Shown in pieces: positions 1 through 6,860 of a stretch of 33,263 nt of DNA (position 1 is its first letter; every line of letters begins with the position of its first letter). Source of the DNA: a virus (taxonomy: Duplodnaviria; Heunggongvirae; Uroviricota; Caudoviricetes); IMG/VR virus record IMGVR_UViG_2913192161_000007, positions 1 to 33,263 of that record; one strand, 5' to 3'. Under the pieces are notes generated by a model that did no database searches, was not told the origin of the DNA, and worked only from the letters and a program-made list of their open reading frames with translations. The position numbers and the translations under genes were made by a program.

Positions 1-759
1 GTTTTTGTTGACCACTACAGTAATAGTAAGAAGTTGCCACATGAACAGGCAGCGTGTGGAAAGGCTAATGCTGGCTGTTCGCATTGTCTGCATCAGTTGA
101 GGTAGCTGATCCGGTCGAATGCTGGGCATGTTCTTTTTCTGAGGCTTCTCGAAGGCTTTACCGATATTAACGCTGGGAACAGCATCAATAAGCCCTGTGT
201 TTTGGGCGTAGATCATGACCTCATTAATGCGTTGGCACAGGCGACGAACGGTTTCCAGTGCTCCTCTGGCCTGAACTGGTTGGACGGCCTGAACCAGTGT
301 GTGAGCTTTAATATCTGTAACGCTAACGTCGCCAATTGCAGGGAAGACATCTCTTTCAAGAGAGCGCCAGATATCATCGGCATAGTCCTCTGTCACGCTG
401 GCTTTCTTCACATTCCACCATCGTTCAGCCACGAGCTGGAAAGTATTGGTTTTAGCTTCAAGCGAACTGCGAAGTTGTTCTTGCTGATGTTCCTGTGGAT
501 CGATTTGTTTCGCCAGGAGAGAGCGTGACTCTGCCCGATAGTTTCTGGCATCGGCAAGGGTAACTGACGGGTAGGGGCCTATGCTCTTCTTTGCTCGTTT
601 CTTGGTGACAGGACGAATGTAGCGAAACTGCCAGATTTTACTCCCGCTGGATTTGATGAGTAGCTCAAGGCCATCGCCATCATAGAGAGCGTAGTCCGCT
701 TCTTTGGGTTTAGCAGATTCGATTTCCTTAACGGAGAGAGGTTTGGTTTGTCTTGCCAT
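1..759 (-). CDS. P4/CP4-57-type tyrosine integrase, N-terminal part only (gene continues past window start)
   Basis: Minus-strand ATG at 757-759, open to position 1 in that frame (not in ORF track because it lacks a stop inside the window). Translation begins MARQTKPLSVKEIESAKPKEADYALYDGDGLELLIKSSGSKIWQFRY..., the arm-binding N-terminus typical of P4-family integrases found next to tRNA/tmRNA genes. Same orientation as ssrA and directly downstream of the displaced ssrA 3' copy. Confidence 0.75.
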   Translation of the reverse strand, partial: MARQTKPLSVKEIESAKPKEADYALYDGDGLELLIKSSGSKIWQFRYIRPVTKKRAKKSIGPYPSVTLADARNYRAESRSLLAKQIDPQEHQQEQLRSSLEAKTNTFQLVAERWWNVKKASVTEDYADDIWRSLERDVFPAIGDVSVTDIKAHTLVQAVQPVQARGALETVRRLCQRINEVMIYAQNTGLIDAVPSVNIGKAFEKPQKKNMPSIRPDQLPQLMQTMRTASISLSTRCLFMWQLLTITVVVNKN

Positions 760-884
760 TGCCGGGTTTCCATAGTTTTAGGCACCTCGAAAACAATAAA
801 GCTTTACGAGGTGCCTAACAAGGTGCCTAAAAGGTTCGGATTTAATTAGTTGGCATCAGACTTTGCGGGACAAATTCGAGGTAC

Positions 885-916
885 AAAAAAGCCCGCAGGG
901 CTTACGCCGTGCGGGC
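885..916 (-). terminator. Rho-independent terminator downstream of the displaced ssrA 3' end copy (probably the ancestral ssrA terminator)
   Basis: On the minus strand: stem GCCCGCA (916-910) / TGCGGGC (897-891), 12-nt loop, then a T6 run (plus-strand A-run 885-890). Confidence 0.6.
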
Positions 917-963
917 TCTTAGGACTTCATCGGATGACTCTGGTAATCACCGATGGAGAATTT

Positions 964-1007
964 TGGTGAAGCTGGCGGGAGTTGAACCCGCGTCCGAAAT
1001 TCCTACA
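964..1007. repeat. attL core: 44-bp direct copy of the ssrA 3' end
   Basis: tggtgaagctggcgggagttgaacccgcgtccgaaattcctacat matches 32204..32247 at 43 of 44 positions (a at 969 versus g at 32209). Confidence 0.85.
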
Positions 1008-1093
1008 TACCATTTTTACTATAGCAAAAACAGTAGTTTGCATTTAAAAACAGTGCGTTATTGTTATGTAGTGTTTGTCCATTTTACTAATTT

Positions 1094-2164
1094 TTAATGC
1101 GCTGCCGCCAAAGTGCCGCCAACTTCGTTAGGAACTAGAGTTAGTGCTTCAGAAACGTAATCAGCCCATTCCTGCGAAGAAAATGCTTGTAAAGAATAGG
1201 CGTGTTTTCTGAATTTAAACCTCAACTTACCAACATATAAGTAATTATAAATGTTGTCGTAATGTGGTATATCTTCATTATATATCAAACGAATTAGTTT
1301 TCTTGATAGAAGATATGATATTTCTAAAATATCGGCGAATACTTGTTCTTCAAGTGTAAATGTTTTTAATTGATACCCATCATATTTTATCAAACAGTAT
1401 ACATGAGATATGGGGGATGTACATATCAGGTCTAATAACGAGGCTGTATTATATGACAAAGTGTTAAGTCGAATCATGTAACTTAATGGATTATATTCAT
1501 CTATAGAGTGTTGAACCGACAGAGTATTATTAATTGTGTTTAAGTACTCCTTTAATTGCACTAAAAAATCAGGGCTTGCGGTGAAGTTAGATGTGGTCTC
1601 TATAGTTGATTTGTTGTATATTTTTGTATATAAAAGATATGGGTTGGAAATTTTAATTTCATCTGCTGTAAACAAAGTGATATTTGGTTCGCCATTGAAT
1701 TTAATGAGGTTTCCATCTGAGCCTCTCGCGCTTTGAAGATTGTAGGCGAATATTTCCTTTGTTTTCTCAATAAAGTTTTTCTCATGTGCTAAATATCTAT
1801 CGACTGCATTTTTCGTTTCAGCGGTGTTGATCTGAGCTTCGGTTTGTATAGTGCGATGTATATTGTTGACGATCGAAGCCAAAGGAACTGCACTAGCTAG
1901 CAATAGTAGAGGGAATTTGCTTATTTCGTAAAATCTTGAATAGCCATGTGCGGAGAGTACTGGTTCTTTTCCCCACCATGTGAAAAAACCAAAATAGATA
2001 AAGGAAAATAAAGGTGTTAAAACTGAAATCCAAAATAATTTCTGACGAAATAAATTTCTTTTATCAAGCATGTACCATTTTTTTACTATTGTAATAAATA
2101 CTAATAAAACGATTGCTGCAATATAAATCACTGTATAACAAGTATCACTTAACATGATTTTCAC
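1094..2164 (-). CDS. Hypothetical polytopic membrane protein, AT-rich cargo gene (unknown function)
   Basis: 356-aa ORF. GTG at 2162-2164 overlaps the int stop codon (alternative ATG at 2153-2155). Three hydrophobic N-terminal segments (IYIAAIVLLVFITIV, ISVLTPLFSFIYFGFFTWW, FPLLLLASAVPLASIV) then an Asn/Tyr/Ile-rich soluble region. Base composition visibly far more AT-rich than flanking phage genes. Confidence 0.6.
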   Translation of the reverse strand: MKIMLSDTCYTVIYIAAIVLLVFITIVKKWYMLDKRNLFRQKLFWISVLTPLFSFIYFGFFTWWGKEPVLSAHGYSRFYEISKFPLLLLASAVPLASIVNNIHRTIQTEAQINTAETKNAVDRYLAHEKNFIEKTKEIFAYNLQSARGSDGNLIKFNGEPNITLFTADEIKISNPYLLYTKIYNKSTIETTSNFTASPDFLVQLKEYLNTINNTLSVQHSIDEYNPLSYMIRLNTLSYNTASLLDLICTSPISHVYCLIKYDGYQLKTFTLEEQVFADILEISYLLSRKLIRLIYNEDIPHYDNIYNYLYVGKLRFKFRKHAYSLQAFSSQEWADYVSEALTLVPNEVGGTLAAAH

Positions 2165-3177
2165 TCAATATAATTTAAAGGATTCTTAGTTACTGCATCT
2201 TCTAAGTGTTCTGGTGAAAAATGAGAATAGATCATCGTCATTTTTATATCGGCATGGCCCAGAATATCGCGCAGCACCAGTATGTTTCCGCCATTCATCA
2301 TAAAATGGCTGGCGAATGTATGACGTAGCACGTGAGTGCATTGGCCCTCTGGCAGCTCGATGCCAGCTCGCTTTACTGCTCGTTCAAAGGCTTTTCTGCA
2401 CGGGGTGAATAGCTTCCCTCTGTTCTTGGGGAGTTCGTCATACAGATCTTGAGATATCGGCACGGTGCGGTTTTTCTTACCCTTCGTCTTGGTATAAGTG
2501 ATGCGGTATTTAGATAACTGATGGCCCTGCAGGTTTTCGGCTTCACTCCAGCGTGCGCCGGTGGCCAGGCATATTTTTGCAATCAAAAGCAGACTGGGGT
2601 TTTGAGAATCAGCGCAGGCATCTAGCAGACGTTTAATTTCTTCCGAGGTCAGGAACGCCAGTTCCCCCTCAGCGATTTTAAATGTTGGCAGCCCGGCGAG
2701 AGGATTTGGTGCTGACCAGTGGCCTAGTTTTTTCAATGTGCCGAAAACCGATGATAGGTTACGTTGCTCAAGATTCACCGTGCGTGGTTTTACTGGCGAC
2801 ATTAGTGTGCCGTCTTCGTTACGAACGTCACCTTTTAACCGTGCTTCGCGGTATTTCGTAAAGTCACCGGCTGTCAGTTCTGAGGCGATGGGGTCGCCTA
2901 GACCATTACAGATAATTCTAAGTTTCGCCATGAGGCGCTTGGGGTCTGCGAGTGTCTGACCATACAGGGAATACCAAAGCTCAATTAATTCTGATAGGCG
3001 TCGCCGATCATCCTTTTCACCCAACCACGGTTTTTTATTCACTTCTTCCATTGTGAAGCTTTCAAAAGCAATGGCTTCGCCTTTCGTAGCAAATTGCTTA
3101 CGCACGCGCTTACCATTGCGTCCATTGGGATAGCACTCACACAACCATTTTCCGTTCGGCTGTTTTCTGATGGTCAT
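2161..3177 (-). CDS. int: Phage integrase, tyrosine recombinase (P2/186 Int family)
   Basis: 338 aa. Catalytic-type motifs ARWSE, HVLRHTF and MTMIYSHF near the C-terminus. Adjacent to attL, downstream of cI on the same strand. Confidence 0.9.
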   Translation of the reverse strand: MTIRKQPNGKWLCECYPNGRNGKRVRKQFATKGEAIAFESFTMEEVNKKPWLGEKDDRRRLSELIELWYSLYGQTLADPKRLMAKLRIICNGLGDPIASELTAGDFTKYREARLKGDVRNEDGTLMSPVKPRTVNLEQRNLSSVFGTLKKLGHWSAPNPLAGLPTFKIAEGELAFLTSEEIKRLLDACADSQNPSLLLIAKICLATGARWSEAENLQGHQLSKYRITYTKTKGKKNRTVPISQDLYDELPKNRGKLFTPCRKAFERAVKRAGIELPEGQCTHVLRHTFASHFMMNGGNILVLRDILGHADIKMTMIYSHFSPEHLEDAVTKNPLNYIE

Positions 3178-3178
3178 A

Positions 3179-3811
3179 TCAAAGGCTCTTAATGATTTTC
3201 AGTGCGCGGCCTACTACCTCAATGTCATCTAGGCCACACTCAAACGATGAATCATCCTGATGTACTACTAATTTGTTTCCCGGGAGTCGAGTCAATTTAA
3301 CAATGCTTTTTATCCCGTCGATATCGACTAACCACATACCATTTACTGGTGGTGTTTGGTTGCGATCTATTAAATAAGAATCACCAGAAGTAGTCACCAG
3401 CAGTAGGTTGCTTGAGTCTGAGGGGAGTATGCTGCTATCAATGATTGCTTTTCCAGCATCGATCAATAAACCACCGTTGAGAGTCGCCTTGTCAATTTCA
3501 GGAGATACTAGTTCAGAAAGAGGTATAACCTTGCTGGAGTTCACGGAATTGATATTTTTTTGGGGTTCAATGTTTGAACCTGGCTCCCCCTGTCCGGTGG
3601 TTAGCCACAGTAAAGAAACTCCTGTTTCCAAGGCGCACTGAATCACCCACTCTGCAGGAAAACTATCTCTTAAGTATCTGTTTGCCATGGTGCTTTTTGA
3701 TGCGCCTAAGTGATCGCAAAGTTGCTGTCTGGACTTGAAATCATAGGCTGCCATTAGTCTATGGATAGCCTCTCTTCCCCCTGTATTCTCTCCAACCTTT
3801 ACATGTATCAT
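3179..3811 (-). CDS. cI: CI-type immunity repressor (N-terminal HTH, C-terminal domain with S24-peptidase-like motifs)
   Basis: 210 aa. HTH-like SRQQLCDHLGASKSTMANRY. C-terminal SGDSY followed by IKSIVKLTRLPGNKLVV resembles the Ser/Lys region of LexA-type folds. Divergent from apl/cII and tightly coupled to int. Confidence 0.75.
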   Translation of the reverse strand: MIHVKVGENTGGREAIHRLMAAYDFKSRQQLCDHLGASKSTMANRYLRDSFPAEWVIQCALETGVSLLWLTTGQGEPGSNIEPQKNINSVNSSKVIPLSELVSPEIDKATLNGGLLIDAGKAIIDSSILPSDSSNLLLVTTSGDSYLIDRNQTPPVNGMWLVDIDGIKSIVKLTRLPGNKLVVHQDDSSFECGLDDIEVVGRALKIIKSL

Positions 3812-3823
3812 TTTTTAATCCTG

Positions 3824-3852
3824 TTGACGTATCAAATATTGGATCGTAGTAT
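3824..3852 (+). promoter_or_regulatory. Putative early lytic promoter pR (-35 TTGACG, 17-bp spacer, -10 TAGTAT)
   Basis: TTGACG at 3824-3829 and TAGTAT at 3847-3852 with a 17-bp spacer, 80 bp upstream of the apl-like ORF. Confidence 0.55.
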
Positions 3853-3875
3853 CTCGATGTATCAAATATTGAATC
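3829..3875. promoter_or_regulatory. Two 17-bp direct repeats (gtatcaaatattgGatc / gtatcaaatattgAatc), each nearly palindromic: candidate CI/Apl operators
   Basis: Copies at 3829-3845 and 3859-3875, centre-to-centre 30 bp. First overlaps the pR spacer, second overlaps the predicted transcription start. Confidence 0.5.
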
Positions 3876-3930
3876 AAGTAAAACGAGATAAAACGACGTA
3901 AACCAAACCTTAATCGGGAGATACTGCACT

Positions 3931-4173
3931 ATGAGCACTGATATTTCAATTCGTGTACCAAAAGAGATGGCTACGCCTGCAGAGTTCGCGGAATGGGAAG
4001 GTATCTCCCGCGGCTCCGTGTATCAAAAAATTCACCATGGTCAGCTTGCTAAATACATGGTCAAGAAAGAAAAAAACAAAGGCCGCGTAAGCCTGCGTTA
4101 TTTAATGTACAAAACCGATCAGGTCCGTGAATCCCTCGGTCATTCCAACTTCCGCGTCATTGTTGGTAAGTAA
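3931..4173 (+). CDS. Apl/Cox-like excisionase and repressor-antagonist (small HTH protein)
   Basis: 80 aa, first gene of the rightward operon after pR, RBS gggag. Position and size match 186 Apl / P2 Cox. Confidence 0.6.
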   Translation: MSTDISIRVPKEMATPAEFAEWEGISRGSVYQKIHHGQLAKYMVKKEKNKGRVSLRYLMYKTDQVRESLGHSNFRVIVGK

Positions 4174-4205
4174 GTTCAATTATGAGAACTTTCTAAGGGG
4201 GTAGC

Positions 4206-4715
4206 ATGTTTGATTATAAGATTTCCAAACACCCGCATTTTGATGAAGCCTGTAGAGCTTTTGCACTTCGTCACAATATGGCGAAGCTGGCAGAACGTGC
4301 AGGAATGAATGTCCAGACTCTGCGAAACAAACTCAACCCAGATCAACCGCATCAGCTCAATGCGCCAGAAATCTGGCTGCTTACCGATCTGACTGAAGAT
4401 TCAACGCTGATAGATGGTTTTCTGGCACAGATTCACTGCCTGCCATGTGTACCGATTAATGAGGTAGCAAAAGAGAAACTGCCGCATTACGTCATGAGTG
4501 CAACCGCAGAGATCGGGCGTGTTGCTGCAGGTGCGGTATCTGGCGATGTAAAAACCAGTGCCGGTCGTCGTGATGCCATCAGCAGCATTAATTCTGTAAC
4601 ACGACTGATGGCGCTGGCGGCTGTTTCATTGCAGGCCCGTTTACAGGCTAACCCTGCGATGGCGAGTGCAGTTGATACTGTGACTGGCCTCGGTGCTTCA
4701 TTCGGTTTGCTGTGA
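4206..4715 (+). CDS. cII: CII-like lysogeny-establishment activator (186 CII family)
   Basis: 169 aa. N-terminus MFDYKISKHPHFDEACRAFALRHNMAKLAERAGMNVQTLRNKLNPDQPH matches my recollection of 186 CII and its exact length. RBS aagggggt. Confidence 0.7.
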   Translation: MFDYKISKHPHFDEACRAFALRHNMAKLAERAGMNVQTLRNKLNPDQPHQLNAPEIWLLTDLTEDSTLIDGFLAQIHCLPCVPINEVAKEKLPHYVMSATAEIGRVAAGAVSGDVKTSAGRRDAISSINSVTRLMALAAVSLQARLQANPAMASAVDTVTGLGASFGLL

Positions 4716-4722
4716 GGTGCTT

Positions 4723-5019
4723 ATGCTGACGAAAGAACCATCATTTGCGTCGCTGCTGGTAAAACAAAGTCCGGCAATGTACTACGGTCACGGCTGGATC
4801 ACGGGTGAGGATGGAAAACGCTGGCATCCATGTCATTCACAAGATGAATTGCTGTCTGAATTGACCACGAGGAAACGGAGAAAGTCCAAATGTATGCGGC
4901 AGAAAGTGAAGTGGTTTATCAGTTTCGTTACAGAGGGGAGAGTTATTCAGTACCTGAAGATGATTTGCTCTGTTGCTATCCGTCATTGTCGGGCGATGGC
5001 AGTTACTTTTTCACGTTAA
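4723..5019 (+). CDS. Hypothetical early protein (Fil/Dhr-region ORF); 3' half overlaps the next ORF
   Basis: ATG 4723 with RBS gaggtg. N-terminal 55 residues look protein-like, C-terminal part is overlapped out of frame by the 4890 ORF. Confidence 0.4.
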   Translation: MLTKEPSFASLLVKQSPAMYYGHGWITGEDGKRWHPCHSQDELLSELTTRKRRKSKCMRQKVKWFISFVTEGRVIQYLKMICSVAIRHCRAMAVTFSR

Positions 5020-5114
5020 AGGATGGGACGTTTTTACGGGGAGAGCAGGTTAAAGAGACGATACGAAAAAATGTATCTCCTCTTGAGCGTTACCGTAAGA
5101 ACAAAGAACGATAG
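4890..5114 (+). CDS. Hypothetical early protein
   Basis: 74-aa ORF with RBS acggag 9 nt upstream; balanced composition (MYAAESEVVYQFRYRGESYSVPEDD...). Confidence 0.5.
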   Translation: MYAAESEVVYQFRYRGESYSVPEDDLLCCYPSLSGDGSYFFTLKDGTFLRGEQVKETIRKNVSPLERYRKNKER

Positions 5115-5136
5115 CTGCGTTTGGGGGATATGAAGT

Positions 5137-5478
5137 ATGGCAATTAATGGCGCTGCAGCAACTGTTCCATTAAGCCCCGGTGAACGCCTGAATGGACTTA
5201 ATCACATTGCGGAGTTAAGGGCGAAAGTTTTTGGCATGAATATTGAGTCAGAGCTTGAGCGGTTTATTAAAGATATGCGTGATCCACGGGATATTAATAG
5301 CGAACAAAATAAACGGGCACTGGCTGCCATATTCTTTATGGCAAAAATTCCAGCTGAACGTCATAGCATCAGCATTAATGAGCTGACCACTGACGAAAAG
5401 CGGGAGTTGATTAAAGCAATGAATCATTTTCGTGCAGTGGTGAGCTTATTTCCCAGACGGCTAACCATGCCGAATTAA
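5137..5478 (+). CDS. Hypothetical early protein
   Basis: 113 aa, RBS ggggga 7 nt upstream of ATG. Confidence 0.6.
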   Translation: MAINGAAATVPLSPGERLNGLNHIAELRAKVFGMNIESELERFIKDMRDPRDINSEQNKRALAAIFFMAKIPAERHSISINELTTDEKRELIKAMNHFRAVVSLFPRRLTMPN

Positions 5479-5545
5479 CCAACTAATGAAATTCATGGCG
5501 TAAACCCGCCGGGCATCCCTTTATCTAAATTCAGGAGAATTGACA

Positions 5546-5779
5546 ATGCGTAATATTGAAACCCGCGCCACTAAAACCGGACCGGATGATGCAGGGCTTA
5601 ATCTTTTACTGACAGAGGCTCGTCTGGAAGAACGCCGGGCAAGGGCTGAAGCAATGGCTGCCCGCCTTGATAGTCTTGCGTGTCATATCACATCCCGCCA
5701 GCTAAACCACGTCGAAGCGGCAGAACTGCTGCGTGTGACCGCTGAAGCAATCCAGAACGAAGCGCAGGAGATCCACTAA
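5546..5779 (+). CDS. Hypothetical early protein
   Basis: ATG 5546 preceded by aggag (ORF track starts at upstream TTG 5540). Stop overlaps the next start (TAATG). Confidence 0.55.
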   Translation: MRNIETRATKTGPDDAGLNLLLTEARLEERRARAEAMAARLDSLACHITSRQLNHVEAAELLRVTAEAIQNEAQEIH

Positions 5780-6006
5780 TGGCTGATGCAATGGATCTCG
5801 TACAGCAGCGCGTTGAAGAAGAACGCCAGCGCCATATCCGTGCTGCCCGTGCCAAAACGCCGGGCGTGTCCCGCGTGCTTTGCGTTGAGTGTGAAGCGCC
5901 AATTCCGCCAGCACGCCGCCGTGCCATTCCGGGTGTGCAGCTTTGCATTACCTGTCAGGAAATCGCAGAGCTGAAAGGCAAACATTACAACGGAGGTGCT
6001 GTATGA
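5779..6006 (+). CDS. TraR/DksA-family C4 zinc-finger protein
   Basis: 75 aa with CVECEAPIPPARRRAIPGVQLCITCQ (C-x2-C ... C-x2-C), the TraR-type signature common in phage early operons. Confidence 0.75.
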   Translation: MADAMDLVQQRVEEERQRHIRAARAKTPGVSRVLCVECEAPIPPARRRAIPGVQLCITCQEIAELKGKHYNGGAV

Positions 6007-6860
6007 GCACCATCCTGAAATGGGCGGGAAATAAAACCGCCATAATGTCCGAACTGAAAAAGCATCTTCCTGCTGGCCCGCGACTGGTTGAACCTTTCGC
6101 GGGTTCCTGTGCAGTGATGATGGAGACGGATTACCCCAGCTATCTTGTTGCGGATATTAATCCTGATTTAATCAACCTCTATAAAAAGGTTGCTGCTGAT
6201 TGTGAGGCGTTTATATCTCGTGCCAGAGCTTTATTTGAGGAAGCAAACAGGGAGGTGGCTTATTACAACATAAGGCAGGAGTTTAATTACTCCACTGAAA
6301 TTACTGATTTCATGAAAGCGGTATATTTCCTGTATCTCAATCGTCACGGTTACCGTGGTTTATGTCGCTATAACAAGAGCGGGCATTTCAACATTCCCTA
6401 CGGTAATTATAAAAATCCGTATTTCCCTGAAAAAGAAATTCGCGCATTTGCAGAAAAGGCCCAGCGAGCAACGTTTATCTGCGCCAGCTTTGATGAAACG
6501 CTGGCGATGTTGAAGGCGGGGGATGTGGTGTATTGCGATCCGCCGTATGACGGTACGTTTTCCGGCTATCACACTGACGGCTTCACTGAAGATGACCAGT
6601 ATCACCTGGCATCTGTTCTTGAACATCGGTCATCAGAAGGACATCCGGTCATTGTTTCTAACAGTGACACATCCCTGATCCGTTCGCTGTATCGCAATTT
6701 TACTCACCACTACATCAAGGCAAAACGCAGCATCGGTGTGGCAGCTGGCGAGGGTAAATCAGCAACAGAAATCATTGCTGTTTCCGGGCCGCGCTGCTGG
6801 GTGGGATTTGATTATTCGCGTGGCGTGGACAGTTCTGCCGTGTACGGAGTACGTGCATGA
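6003..6860 (+). CDS. dam: DNA adenine methyltransferase (Dam-like, GATC class)
   Basis: N-terminal LKWAGNK, FAGSCAV and catalytic DPPY, with overall similarity to E. coli Dam. ATG 6003 with RBS ggaggtg; overlaps both neighbours by 4 nt. Confidence 0.85.
   Translation: MSTILKWAGNKTAIMSELKKHLPAGPRLVEPFAGSCAVMMETDYPSYLVADINPDLINLYKKVAADCEAFISRARALFEEANREVAYYNIRQEFNYSTEITDFMKAVYFLYLNRHGYRGLCRYNKSGHFNIPYGNYKNPYFPEKEIRAFAEKAQRATFICASFDETLAMLKAGDVVYCDPPYDGTFSGYHTDGFTEDDQYHLASVLEHRSSEGHPVIVSNSDTSLIRSLYRNFTHHYIKAKRSIGVAAGEGKSATEIIAVSGPRCWVGFDYSRGVDSSAVYGVRA

Noticed and set aside
202-785. ORF-track ORFs 202..528 (+) and 579..785 (-) in the first kilobase
   Set aside because: Both are out of frame with or antisense to the much longer integrase reading frame (minus strand, ATG at 759, open to the window edge), which translates into a recognisable integrase N-terminus. 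They are overlap artefacts.
964-1007. Possible tRNA or second tmRNA gene at the left end
   Set aside because: Only the 3'-terminal 44 nt of ssrA are present (acceptor/T-arm half); upstream sequence is unrelated to ssrA. It is an attachment-site duplication, not a gene.
909-1097. 62-aa plus-strand ORF spanning the attL core
   Set aside because: GTG-initiated ORF running through the terminator hairpin and the tRNA-like ssrA 3' copy; no RBS. The sequence is explained by the att repeat.
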